A stretch of 64,000 bases of DNA from Pseudomonadota bacterium (GTDB taxonomy: Bacteria > Pseudomonadota > Alphaproteobacteria > Rhizobiales > Hyphomicrobiaceae). A program made the position numbers and the translations under genes. The stretch covers positions 6,285 to 70,284 of the forward strand of contig JAFAFW010000066.1 in the NCBI GenBank assembly GCA_023423275.1. Direction: 5' to 3'. Below, one piece after another: positions 1-9,515 of the stretch (positions within the stretch are counted from its first letter, which is position 1; each line of letters opens with the position of its first letter). The notes under the pieces were generated by a model. It had not been told where the DNA came from and did no database searches. It was given only the letters and a program-made list of their open reading frames with translations.

Positions 1-923
1 AACAGGGCGCTGACGTGAGCCCGCAGGACGAGGGAACGCTTATAGAAACCTGCTCTGGTCGCTTCGACTTGCTCAAAGACTTCCTGCCTACGAGAAAGAC
101 CGTCGATCATTCTCGAAACATAGGCTGAGGTCTGCGGCTGCCGGCGAAGCTTTTCGAAATAAGAAGCGCGCTCTTCATCGTAGTCGCTTTCGCCACGGGC
201 ATCAGTAATTGAGCCGCTGGCCAAGGCATGAAACGCGCCGGCGAAGTATGAGTGACCAACGATCGCCTGGAAAATAGGATCGTCTTTATAATGCTTCCAG
301 CGGTTGAGCAATTGTGGGGCGGCCATTGAACCGCCGGAACTCAGGTCGCGGAATGAACTGCCTCCTCCGAACTTACTAATCTCAGATCGAATCGCTACGG
401 GATTTAGTGAAAGGCGTCTTGCGAAGGCGTTCCTATATTCGTAGTCGGAAAGCCAGCGATTATAAAAGACAAGATCAGCATCCGTGCGCTTCTGCTGGTA
501 CTCGTGCAACCAGTTTCGCAAGGCGAACATCTGACGCAAGACGTTAAACAGCTTTAGGCGAATGTTCGTCCTGCGGCGCATGAGGCTCGCGCAAACATTG
601 AGCGGATCGCGGATAAATAGAACCTCATCAATTACGGCATCGCATTCTTTTTGCCGGGCGAGGGCACCGGCGACTCCGGATGGGGAGATTCCCTCGTAAT
701 TGAGAATGACCGTCGTCGGTTCCGTTTGTTTGCGGGCAAGCTCCGGGAGTTTTTCGAAGGTCCGCGCCTGCAATACGGAGTTATTGAAAAACTGGGTGCG
801 CTGTAGACTGCTGTCCTCAATCCACGCGATCAGCGCATGATGCCCGGACCTCTTGGTAGAAATAATGTTGAGGAACCGCACAAGCGGTGGGCGAAGCGGA
901 GACTGCACGGTTGGGATGTCCAT
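1..923 (-). CDS. Sulfotransferase-like (PAPS-binding P-loop) protein, 3' end runs off the window
   Basis: Manual translation from ATG 923 stays open to base 1 (MDIPTVQSPLRPPLVRFLNIISTKRSGHHALIAWI...LFIRDPLNVCAS...YNRW...FGGGSSF...LNRWKHYKDDP). KRSGHH resembles the 5'-PSB loop and RDPxxxxxS the 3'-PB motif. Not in the ORF track. Confidence 0.65.
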   Translation of the reverse strand, partial: MDIPTVQSPLRPPLVRFLNIISTKRSGHHALIAWIEDSSLQRTQFFNNSVLQARTFEKLPELARKQTEPTTVILNYEGISPSGVAGALARQKECDAVIDEVLFIRDPLNVCASLMRRRTNIRLKLFNVLRQMFALRNWLHEYQQKRTDADLVFYNRWLSDYEYRNAFARRLSLNPVAIRSEISKFGGGSSFRDLSSGGSMAAPQLLNRWKHYKDDPIFQAIVGHSYFAGAFHALASGSITDARGESDYDEERASYFEKLRRQPQTSAYVSRMIDGLSRRQEVFEQVEATRAGFYKRSLVLRAHVSAL

Positions 924-970
924 AAACTGCCTCAGTCGCTATCAAGTTGCATTTCTAGCGTTATTGCAGC

Positions 971-2503
971 TTATAGTGGAATATTGTCATGCTTTTTCCA
1001 CGGATTTTCGACGGTTTTATTGCGCAGCATGTTCAGCGCGCGGCAGATTCGGCGGCGGGTGCTGCGCGGCAGGATCACCTCGTCGATGTAGCCGCGCTCG
1101 GCGGCCACGAACGGATTCGCGAAGCGTTTCTGGTATTCGTCGATGCGGGCCTTGATCTTCTCCGGGTCGCCGAGCTCGGCGCGATAAAGAATTTCGGCCG
1201 CGCCTTTCGGCCCCATCACCGCGATCTCGGCTGACGGCCACGCGTAGTTGACGTCGCCGCGAATATGCTTGGAACTCATCACGTCATAGGCGCCGCCATA
1301 GGCTTTGCGCGTGATCAGCGTAATCTTCGGGACCGTGGCTTCCGAGTATGCGAACAACAGCTTGGCGCCGTGCTTGATCAGGCCGCCGTATTCCTGTGCC
1401 GTCCCCGGAAGGAAGCCCGGCACGTCCACGAACGTGACGATCGGGATCTCGAAGCAGTCACAGAAGCGCACGAACCGCGCGGCCTTGCGCGATGCGTCCG
1501 AGTCGAGAACACCGGCCAGCACCATCGGCTGATTGGCAACGATCCCGACCGTGCGGCCTTCCATGCGCGCGAAGCCGGTGACGATATTCTTCGCGAATGC
1601 GTCCTGGATCTCGAAAAAATCACCCTCGTCGACGACCTTCAGGATCAGTTCCTTGATGTCATACGGCGTGTTGGGGTTGCCCGGGATCAGCGTGTCGAGC
1701 GAAATCTCGACACGATCGGCAGGATCTTTGGTCGGAAGATAGGGCACGCCGGCGCGATTGTTCGATGGCAGGAAATCCATCAACCGCCGCATCTGCAGCA
1801 AGGCCTCGACATCGTTCTCGTACGCCCGGTCGGCGATCGACGATTTGGTCGTGTGAACCCGCGCCCCGCCCAGCTCCTCGGCGCTGACGGTTTCGTTGGT
1901 GACCGTTTTGACGACATCCGGCCCGGTCACGAACATATAGCTCGTATCCTTGACCATGAAGATGAAGTCGGTCATCGCGGGTGAATAGACATCGCCCCCG
2001 GCGCAAGGTCCCATGATCACCGAGATCTGCGGGATCACGCCGGACGCAAGCACATTGCGCAGGAACACCTCGCCATAGCCGCCGAGTGCGGCCACGCCTT
2101 CCTGGATCCGCGCGCCGCCGGCATCGAACAGCCCGATCACGGGTGCGCGGTTCTTCAGCGCCATGTCCTGGATTTTGATGATCTTGTTGGCATGCGTCTC
2201 CGACAAGGAGCCGCCGAACACCGTAAAATCCTTGGCGAACACGTAGACGACGCGCCCGTTGATGGTGCCCCAGCCGGTGATGACACCATCGCCGGGGATC
2301 TTCGACTTCTCCATGCCGAAGTCGGTACAACGGTGCTCGACGTACATGTCGAACTCCTCGAACGAGCCGTCGTCCATTAGCAGCTCGATCCGCTCGCGAG
2401 CCGTCAGCTTGCCGCGCTTATGTTGGGCGTCGATCCGCGTTTGTCCGCCACCAAGACGTGCGGTAGCGCGGCGGCGTTCGAGTTCGCTGATGATGTCTTT
2501 CAT
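971..2503 (-). CDS. pccB: Propionyl-CoA carboxylase beta (carboxyltransferase) subunit
   Basis: 510 aa; [30 protein letters not shown] motifs and KKHDNIPL C-terminus. Confidence 0.95.
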   Translation of the reverse strand: MKDIISELERRRATARLGGGQTRIDAQHKRGKLTARERIELLMDDGSFEEFDMYVEHRCTDFGMEKSKIPGDGVITGWGTINGRVVYVFAKDFTVFGGSLSETHANKIIKIQDMALKNRAPVIGLFDAGGARIQEGVAALGGYGEVFLRNVLASGVIPQISVIMGPCAGGDVYSPAMTDFIFMVKDTSYMFVTGPDVVKTVTNETVSAEELGGARVHTTKSSIADRAYENDVEALLQMRRLMDFLPSNNRAGVPYLPTKDPADRVEISLDTLIPGNPNTPYDIKELILKVVDEGDFFEIQDAFAKNIVTGFARMEGRTVGIVANQPMVLAGVLDSDASRKAARFVRFCDCFEIPIVTFVDVPGFLPGTAQEYGGLIKHGAKLLFAYSEATVPKITLITRKAYGGAYDVMSSKHIRGDVNYAWPSAEIAVMGPKGAAEILYRAELGDPEKIKARIDEYQKRFANPFVAAERGYIDEVILPRSTRRRICRALNMLRNKTVENPWKKHDNIPL

Positions 2504-2669
2504 GGCGGCGTCGAGATCCCCATTGCATCGCCAAAGGGCAACCTCCGCTGCATAGCACGCGCGGGTCGGGGTGCAAAATCGGGGATGGATATCAGTCGGA
2601 TATCAACTCGGATGCAACCTTGCGGCTCTAAGCTGGTTGGTTCGTACGCAGATGGAGGCTCGCGGTGCC

Positions 2670-3056
2670 ATGGAGTGGATTGCCCCCGCGGTAAAGAGTG
2701 CGGGTTCGCTGCTCGAGGCGGCGGGTGTCTTGCTGATGATCGCCGGCATCGTGATCGCGACGTGCCGCTATGCCATTAACTATACGGCTGCCTCTTCTGA
2801 TCCGTACCGTCGATACCGCGAAGATATCGGCAGGGCGATCCTGCTGGGGCTGGAGGTGCTGGTGGCGGCGGATATCATCAGAACCGTGGCGGTGACGCCG
2901 ACCCTGGACAGCGTGATCGTGCTGGGCGGTATCGTGCTGATACGCACGTTCCTGAGCTTCAGCCTCGAAGTGGAGCTGGAAGGGCGCTGGCCATGGCAGC
3001 GCCCGGCGACCGGTGAACCGCCGCGCGATGTCTCAACGACAGGGGGCGAGTTTTAG
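2670..3056 (+). CDS. DUF1622 family membrane protein
   Basis: GRAILLGLEVLVAADIIRTV and IVLIRTFLSFSLEVE motifs; ATG 2670 after GGAGG (ATG 2652 is an alternative). Confidence 0.85.
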   Translation: MEWIAPAVKSAGSLLEAAGVLLMIAGIVIATCRYAINYTAASSDPYRRYREDIGRAILLGLEVLVAADIIRTVAVTPTLDSVIVLGGIVLIRTFLSFSLEVELEGRWPWQRPATGEPPRDVSTTGGEF

Positions 3057-3087
3057 GGCCGCTCCGATTTGGATTGCACCATTCGTT

Positions 3088-3169
3088 TGTCGTCCCGGCC
3101 GGGGCGAAGCGCAGAGCCGGACCCAGAGGGATCGGGGACATTTCGCTGGTGCGCAATTCCGGGATGACA
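3088..3169. repeat. Palindromic REP/MITE-like intergenic element, copy 1
   Basis: Terminal inverted repeats TGTCGTCCCGG...CCGGGATGACA; aligns with the reverse complement of 56388-56487; lies between convergent genes. Confidence 0.8.
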
Positions 3170-3208
3170 CGTGAAACGAAAGGCCTGCTACGTGGTTTCG
3201 CGGTGAGC

Positions 3209-3562
3209 TTAAAACGGCTTGCTCATGCAGCTGAGAGAGACGCATTCAAGGTGGGTTGGCTGGCCGATGGCAGCCTCCAGCTGCTGGTGAACCCAGCTCA
3301 GTGCCGGGAACATCGGACCGAACCACAGCACCACGGCAGCAGCGTAGCTCCAGTGGGGCAGCATCTGGAAGGCGGTCAGGATGACAAGGCCCATGACAGC
3401 CGCGACGTAAGCCCCACCCCAGGCGAACACCTGCCGCAGGACCTGCCGTTGGGCGGGATTGGCGGCCTGACGAAACGCAGCCTTGGCGCCGATAATGCCC
3501 GCGATGCCACACACCGCTGTACCGCCCAGGGCTCCAACAACCGCCAGAGAAACGCTCATCAC
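3209..3562 (-). CDS. Hypothetical membrane protein (about 3 hydrophobic segments)
   Basis: 117 aa ORF filling the intergenic space; GGAG upstream; hydrophobic stretches. Confidence 0.65.
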   Translation of the reverse strand: MMSVSLAVVGALGGTAVCGIAGIIGAKAAFRQAANPAQRQVLRQVFAWGGAYVAAVMGLVILTAFQMLPHWSYAAAVVLWFGPMFPALSWVHQQLEAAIGQPTHLECVSLSCMSKPF

Positions 3563-3658
3563 ACAGTCTCCAATTCAAAGGATGACTGCATTGTCGCCGA
3601 AGGTTTTCACTGCCCGGTTAACGCCTCGTACAGGATAAAAACATCATGGAAACATGGT

Positions 3659-4423
3659 TTACGCCGGGTTGATGAGCCCCAGCAGGCGGCTGGCGGAATT
3701 CATTTCACCGCGCCGATACTTTCGACGTTCGGCGGCCTCGGTGTCCTCGCCCCACTGCTCGATCTGCCAGTCCTCGTCGACGTGTGCGGCGTTCCACAAC
3801 TCATCGGCCGTCAGCTTGCCTCTGGTATGAGCCAGCGCCAGGAGAATGGAGCCCGTCAGTGTGGTGATCGTGTGCACACCGGCGAGCTGCCAAGCATCGA
3901 GCCCATCCAGCGCCGCGGAAATGCCGGTCAGGGCATAGTCCGGCTGCGCAACCGGCATGACACCTTCGGTCAGCACGAGACGGGCGTCGAGATCCTTTCG
4001 TGCCCAGGCCAGGACAGGATCCCAGGCCCCGCGCTGGAGGTCGGCCAAGGTTGCCGGGCGCTCGGCGCGATAGCACAGCAGATCGCTGCCGGCATATTTG
4101 AGGAGGTCGGCGCGCACATCGGCTTCACGGCCAACGATGCCGTCGATGATGCTATTGGCATAGCGGGTGAGCGGCATGGTCGCCGGATCGATAAGTTCAC
4201 CTTGTGCTTCCCATTCGTCGGCGATGGCCTGGGCGAGGGACTGGTTCGGAACGACCAGCAAAGCCTTGCGCGGCGTCCGCACGGTTCTGCCGTCAAGGGT
4301 AATGGCAAAGCCCGGTCCGGCTTCGGCGGGCTGCACCGACGCCGATTTGTAAAAACGGCGCGGCAGGGCCGCCACCGGGCTCTCCTTGCCGGGAATCTTG
4401 TTGCCTTTGCCGGGTTCGCTCAC
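3659..4423 (-). CDS. ATP12 family chaperone
   Basis: RRFYK, LDGRTVRTP, MPLTR, DLLCYRA and DEDWQIEQWG motifs. Confidence 0.92.
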   Translation of the reverse strand: MSEPGKGNKIPGKESPVAALPRRFYKSASVQPAEAGPGFAITLDGRTVRTPRKALLVVPNQSLAQAIADEWEAQGELIDPATMPLTRYANSIIDGIVGREADVRADLLKYAGSDLLCYRAERPATLADLQRGAWDPVLAWARKDLDARLVLTEGVMPVAQPDYALTGISAALDGLDAWQLAGVHTITTLTGSILLALAHTRGKLTADELWNAAHVDEDWQIEQWGEDTEAAERRKYRRGEMNSASRLLGLINPA

Positions 4424-5100
4424 ACGGCAACTCCGTTGAGGTCGATCTGCGCGTCGATCGCGCCGATCAGATCCGCATACCGCGAAACAATCACATGGGC
4501 GCCCGCGGCCTCCAGCTCAACCGGGGTGTGATAGCCCCAGCCGACGCCGATGGCCCCGACGTTGGCGGCGCGGGCCATCTCGATATCGTAGGTCGTGTCG
4601 CCGATCATCACCGTGCGGCTGGCTTCAGCGCCCGTCTCGGCGATCGCTTGCAGGATCATCGAGGGATGTGGCTTGGAGGGATGCGTATCGGCGGTCTGGA
4701 TGGTGACGAAGTGCGACGTGATCTCGAAGCGCTCGAACAGGGCAGCGACGCCGCGTTGCGATTTGCCGGTGGCTACGCCCAGGACCACATCCGACCGGGC
4801 GCCCAATGCGCGGATCGCGTCCAGTGCGCCGGGAAACATCGGCTCATTGTGGTTGGGATCGCGGCGCAGGCCACCGAAAGCGTTGCGATAGCCCTCGTTC
4901 ACAGCCGCGACCAGTCCGGCATCGGCACCCGGCATCAGCCGCGCCACCGCGATGGGGAGAGACAACCCGACGATCGACAGGATCTGCTCGCGCGGTGGCG
5001 GCGCCAGCCCCTGTGCGTCGAACGCCTGGGTCATGGCGGCCACGATGATGTGCTGGCTGTCGACGAGAGTCCCGTCGCAGTCGAAGATGACGAGCTTCAC
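4420..5100 (-). CDS. HAD-IA hydrolase (phosphoglycolate phosphatase-like)
   Basis: FDCDGTL, KPHP and MIGDTTYD motifs; GTG 5100 overlaps the rluC stop (GTGA). Confidence 0.9.
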   Translation of the reverse strand: MKLVIFDCDGTLVDSQHIIVAAMTQAFDAQGLAPPPREQILSIVGLSLPIAVARLMPGADAGLVAAVNEGYRNAFGGLRRDPNHNEPMFPGALDAIRALGARSDVVLGVATGKSQRGVAALFERFEITSHFVTIQTADTHPSKPHPSMILQAIAETGAEASRTVMIGDTTYDIEMARAANVGAIGVGWGYHTPVELEAAGAHVIVSRYADLIGAIDAQIDLNGVAV

Positions 5101-6092
5101 TCTGACTCCTCCCGGAAGCGATTGGGATCGAGGCCGAGGAGGTCCCACGTCCGCAACATATGGTCGGGCAGCGGTGCGGTCACGTCGATCTTGGCGCTGC
5201 CGCCAGCGGGGTGGGGCAGGACAAGCCGGCGTGCATGAAGATGCAACTTGGGCTCGATTTCCTCCACGGGCAGGTCGAGTCCGCCGTCGTATTTATTGTC
5301 GCCTATGATTGGATGCCCGATCAGCTCCATGTGCGCGCGCAGCTGATGCTGGCGGCCGGTAACCGGCTTCAGGGAAACCCACGCAGCTTTCTGACCGACA
5401 CGATCGATAACCGAATAGTGCGTGGCGGCATGCATGGCTTTGTCCTGCTCGCCCGGCTGGGCTTTTCGCACACGGTCGCCATCCGGACCCGCCGCCTTTA
5501 CCAGTGCTGCCTCGATACGTCCCTGTGGCGGTCTGGGCACGCCTCGCACCAGCGCCCAATACGTCTTAGCGGCGGATCTCGTCTGGAAAATCTTGCCGAG
5601 CTTGGCAGCGCCGTCGCGGGTCTTGGCGACGAGCAGAACGCCGGTGGTATCGCGGTCGAGCCGATGCACCAGACGCGGCCTGTCGCCGAAGCGATCGGTC
5701 ATTCCGGCGAGGATGCCGTCGATGTGCCGCTTGGTGCCGGTGCCGCCCTGAACCGCGATCCCAAACGGCTTGTTGAGCACCAGAACGGTGTCATCTTCAA
5801 ACAGGATCAGGCTCTCGATGAAATCACGATCCGCCTTCGATCCGGACGGCAGAACGAGCGACGGCTTCTTCTTCGGCGGCTGGCGAACGACCTTCGGCAC
5901 GCGGATCTGCGATCCGGATTCGAGCCGTTCGTTGGCCTGCACCCGCCGGCTGTCGACGCGGACCTGGCCGGAGCGGAGCAGTTTCTGCAGATAGCCGTGG
6001 GTGACATCCGGATAATGCGTGCGGAACCAGCGATCGAGCCGCATGCCCGTCTCATCTGGACGGACCTTGATGGTTTCGACGGGATCACTCAT
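5097..6092 (-). CDS. rluC: RluA-family pseudouridine synthase with S4 domain
   Basis: MRLDRW S4 domain; HRLDRDTTG catalytic motif; TGRQHQLR. Confidence 0.9.
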   Translation of the reverse strand: MSDPVETIKVRPDETGMRLDRWFRTHYPDVTHGYLQKLLRSGQVRVDSRRVQANERLESGSQIRVPKVVRQPPKKKPSLVLPSGSKADRDFIESLILFEDDTVLVLNKPFGIAVQGGTGTKRHIDGILAGMTDRFGDRPRLVHRLDRDTTGVLLVAKTRDGAAKLGKIFQTRSAAKTYWALVRGVPRPPQGRIEAALVKAAGPDGDRVRKAQPGEQDKAMHAATHYSVIDRVGQKAAWVSLKPVTGRQHQLRAHMELIGHPIIGDNKYDGGLDLPVEEIEPKLHLHARRLVLPHPAGGSAKIDVTAPLPDHMLRTWDLLGLDPNRFREESE

Positions 6093-6469
6093 GGCAGGAG
6101 TGCCCGCGTTGCGGTCAGGCCCAGCCAGCAGGCGGCGACAGAGAGCACGACGGAGCCCGCCAGATAAAGCAGGGCGTACGTGATTTCGGCCCGTTCGATC
6201 AGCTCAACGACTTCGAATGAGAATGCAGAGAAGGTGGTGAACCCGCCGAGAATACCGGTGATCAGGAATACGCGCAGCCCGGTGGTGTCGGGCAGCCGCT
6301 CCAGCAAAATTGCCACCAGGACGCCGATCAGCAGCGATCCCACGATGTTGATGATCATGGTGGCCCATGGGAACGCCGCGCCCCACAGCCTCGTGACGTG
6401 TTGATAAACGAGGTAGCGGGCGCCTGCGCCCAAGGCACCGCCCGCGCTCGCCAATAGCAACAGTTTCAT
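6089..6469 (-). CDS. crcB: Fluoride channel CrcB/FluC
   Basis: GGALGAGARY, FPWAT and GILGGFTTFS motifs; ATG 6469. Confidence 0.95.
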   Translation of the reverse strand: MKLLLLASAGGALGAGARYLVYQHVTRLWGAAFPWATMIINIVGSLLIGVLVAILLERLPDTTGLRVFLITGILGGFTTFSAFSFEVVELIERAEITYALLYLAGSVVLSVAACWLGLTATRALLP

Positions 6470-6534
6470 AGCTTCTTTCCGCCTTTTCCCGCCGACATAT
6501 AGTCGGTGGCAGCCCGCGGAGCAAAGGCCGTCGG

Positions 6535-6768
6535 TCAAGCCTGGGATTTTTGGCCGCCTATCCCGCCCAGCCACCAGCCGATCGTCCAGCCGACCGCCAA
6601 CCCCAGAAGGTTAACGCCCATGAAGATCAGCGCGTGGAGGTCCCCGACCTCGTCCGGGCTTTCGAAGGCGAATTTACTGACCACCCAGGAAGCAACCGGC
6701 GAACTCACGAACACCGTAGTCGCCGCTGCCGCCACGACTGCGAAAATCATCGCAATCAGATACCGCAT
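6535..6768 (-). CDS. Small hypothetical membrane protein, two hydrophobic helices
   Basis: 77 aa; GAGGAG upstream; two hydrophobic segments around an acidic loop (FESPDEV). Confidence 0.75.
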   Translation of the reverse strand: MRYLIAMIFAVVAAAATTVFVSSPVASWVVSKFAFESPDEVGDLHALIFMGVNLLGLAVGWTIGWWLGGIGGQKSQA

Positions 6769-6796
6769 CAGTTGAACTCCTCGCCGCGCCGGGGCG

Positions 6797-7345
6797 TCAC
6801 TTCACTTCCCAGAACCAGATGGATCTGGCGCCAGCATAATTGGAGTAGTAGCCGAGCCAGGAAAACCACTCCATCAGCCACTTCGCGGAGGAGCGATAGC
6901 CGTTCCACACGTCGATATGATCGCCGGTCGGGCGTCCGGCGGGGTCAGAGCTGCGGTGCCAATAATCCTCGATGAACATGATGCCGGTGCGGCCGAACAG
7001 TTTCGGATAGAAGGCGGCGGCGTCGGCACCGGTGATCTTCTCGACGGAGGCCACACCCGGCAGATTGGCGCGGGCGAGGGCGTTGGCGAGCTGCGTGGCA
7101 TTGATGAAGTGCATTTCATCCCGCGGGTGCACGGAGCAGTGTGCGCAACCTGAGATCTGCCCTGGGAGAACCCCGGAACGCTTCAGCGCAACGCCCATGC
7201 GGATCGCGCACTGGTTTGAGAAGACCGGAAAGCCTTTTTTGACCAGACTGCCTTCCAGGTTCGTCAGGTCCTGCGGCGCGATGCAGGGCGTCGACACCGA
7301 TTCATTGATTGGATGACCGTTCCACAGGTCCCTGAAGGCGACCAT
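6797..7345 (-). CDS. Tae4-like (NlpC/P60-fold) peptidoglycan amidase
   Basis: NQCAIRMG (catalytic Cys), GDHIDVWNG (catalytic His) and IWFWEV C-terminus; no signal peptide. Confidence 0.8.
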   Translation of the reverse strand: MVAFRDLWNGHPINESVSTPCIAPQDLTNLEGSLVKKGFPVFSNQCAIRMGVALKRSGVLPGQISGCAHCSVHPRDEMHFINATQLANALARANLPGVASVEKITGADAAAFYPKLFGRTGIMFIEDYWHRSSDPAGRPTGDHIDVWNGYRSSAKWLMEWFSWLGYYSNYAGARSIWFWEVK

Positions 7346-7487
7346 GATCCCCGCTCCCATCCCCTACACCGGCCCACGCCGCCGACTATAAGCCGTCTGT
7401 GCGACAGCTGCCAGACGCGCAGCGGTTTACCCCATTTCGCGGCCGGTCTACAACAGGCTGACACCACGCCCAGGGACGAGCCCATCG

Positions 7488-9500
7488 ATGTTCAAGAAGA
7501 TCCTGATCGCCAATCGCGGCGAAATTGCATGCCGTGTGATCAAGACGGCGCGCCGCATGGGGATCAAGACGGTTGCCGTCTATTCCGACGCAGACCGCGA
7601 GGCTCTGCATGTCGAGATGGCGGATGAGGCGGTTCACCTCGGGCCTCCGCCAGCGGCCGAGTCTTACCTCCTCATCGACAAGATCGTGGAAGCTTGCAAG
7701 GCCACCGGTGCCGAGGCGGTCCATCCCGGGTATGGCTTCCTGTCCGAGCGCGAGGCGTTTCCGAAGGCGCTGGCCGCAGCGGGCATCGTGTTCATCGGCC
7801 CGAACCCCGGCGCCATCGCCGCCATGGGCGACAAGATCGAATCCAAGCGCGCTGCAGCCGCGGCCAAAGTCTCGACCGTTCCGGGCTATCTGGGCGAAAT
7901 CGCCGACGCGAAGCAGGCGGTGCGGATTGCCGACGAGATCGGCTATCCCGTAATGATCAAGGCGTCGGCGGGCGGTGGCGGCAAAGGTATGCGCATCGCC
8001 GAGAGCCGGAAGGAGGTCGAGGAAGGCTTCCAGTCGGCACGATCCGAGGCCAAGTCGAGTTTCGGTGACGACCGTGTGTTCATCGAGAAGTTCATCGTCG
8101 ACCCGCGGCACATTGAAATTCAGGTGCTGGGCGACAAGCACGGCAACGTGATCTATCTCGGCGAGCGCGAATGCTCCATCCAGCGCCGCAACCAGAAGGT
8201 TATCGAAGAGGCGCCGTCACCGCTGCTCGATGAGAAAACCCGCAAAGCGATGGGCGAGCAGGCCGTCGCGCTGGCCAAAGCCGTCAATTACGACTCGGCG
8301 GGCACGGTCGAATTCGTGGCGGGGCAGGATAAGAGCTTCTACTTCCTGGAGATGAACACCCGCTTGCAGGTCGAGCATCCCGTGACGGAGATGATCACCG
8401 GCATCGATCTGGTGGAGCAGATGATCCGTGTCGCCGCCGGAGAGAAGCTCGGCCTCAAGCAGAAGGACGTCAAGCTCGCGGGCTGGGCGGTCGAAAGCCG
8501 TATTTACGCAGAAGATCCGTTCCGCGGCTTCCTGCCGTCGATCGGACGGCTGGTGAAGTATCGCCCGCCGGCGGAGGGCGCGGCCGGCGGGGGCACGGTG
8601 CGCAACGACACCGGCGTCTTTGAAGGCGGCGAGATCTCGATGTACTACGATCCGATGATCGCCAAGCTCGTGACGCATGCGCCGACGCGCGAAGCCGCGA
8701 TCGACCTGCAGGCCGAGGCGCTCGATGCGTTCTACATCGACGGCATCCAGCACAACATTCCATTTTTGACCGCCCTGATGCAGCATCCACGCTGGCGCCA
8801 GGGTCGACTGTCGACGTCCTTCATCAAGGACGAGTACCCCGCGGGCTTCAAGCCTCGCGCACCGGAAGGCGGGGATCTGCAACTTCTCGCTGCGGTGGCG
8901 GCGGGCATCGATCATCAAGCCAACGCCCGGCGCCGTCAGATCGACGGACAGATGGACGGACGCAGCGTTCGCTTCGCCAGTCAGCGGGTGGTCGATCTCG
9001 GGGGCAAGACGACGCGTCTGTCCGTCGATGGTGAACTCGGCAGTCCGGTACAAATCCGCTTTGCCGATGCTGCGGACGGCCAGACCGTCGAGGTGATGTC
9101 GCGATGGTGGCCAGGGGAACCCGTTTGGACGGGCTCGGTTGGCGGCCGCTCCGTATCGGTGCAGGTGCGGCCTATCCTCAACGGTTACGAACTCGACTAT
9201 CGCGGGATCCAGGTCCAGGCTCGTGTCTATACCGAGCGTGAGGCGGAGCTGGTTGCTCTCATGCCGGAGCGGGTTGCGGCCGATATGTCGAAGTTCCTGC
9301 TGTGCCCCATGCCAGGACTGGTGAAAGCCATTCATGTTACTCAAGGCCAGGAGGTGAAGGCAGGTGATCCGCTGGCCGTGGTGGAAGCCATGAAGATGGA
9401 GAACATCCTCAAAGCCGAACGCGACGGCGTGATCAAGGTGGTGAAGGCCAAGGCGGGCGATAGCCTCGCCGTCGATGCGGTAATCCTGGAATTTGCCTGA
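7488..9500 (+). CDS. pccA: Propionyl-CoA carboxylase alpha subunit (biotin carboxylase plus biotin carrier)
   Basis: ANRGEIA, GGGGKGMR, EMNTRLQVEH and biotinylation motif EAMKM. Confidence 0.93.
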   Translation: MFKKILIANRGEIACRVIKTARRMGIKTVAVYSDADREALHVEMADEAVHLGPPPAAESYLLIDKIVEACKATGAEAVHPGYGFLSEREAFPKALAAAGIVFIGPNPGAIAAMGDKIESKRAAAAAKVSTVPGYLGEIADAKQAVRIADEIGYPVMIKASAGGGGKGMRIAESRKEVEEGFQSARSEAKSSFGDDRVFIEKFIVDPRHIEIQVLGDKHGNVIYLGERECSIQRRNQKVIEEAPSPLLDEKTRKAMGEQAVALAKAVNYDSAGTVEFVAGQDKSFYFLEMNTRLQVEHPVTEMITGIDLVEQMIRVAAGEKLGLKQKDVKLAGWAVESRIYAEDPFRGFLPSIGRLVKYRPPAEGAAGGGTVRNDTGVFEGGEISMYYDPMIAKLVTHAPTREAAIDLQAEALDAFYIDGIQHNIPFLTALMQHPRWRQGRLSTSFIKDEYPAGFKPRAPEGGDLQLLAAVAAGIDHQANARRRQIDGQMDGRSVRFASQRVVDLGGKTTRLSVDGELGSPVQIRFADAADGQTVEVMSRWWPGEPVWTGSVGGRSVSVQVRPILNGYELDYRGIQVQARVYTEREAELVALMPERVAADMSKFLLCPMPGLVKAIHVTQGQEVKAGDPLAVVEAMKMENILKAERDGVIKVVKAKAGDSLAVDAVILEFA

Positions 9501-9515
9501 GAAGGCGACGACCCA

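Noticed and set aside
3074..4531. 485-aa + strand ORF
   Set aside because: Antisense shadow of ATP12 and neighbouring genes; no motifs; expected in high-GC DNA
6470..6534. Fluoride riboswitch upstream of crcB
   Set aside because: The conserved GGNGAUG...UGAUG/UAAUG pseudoknot core is not recognisable
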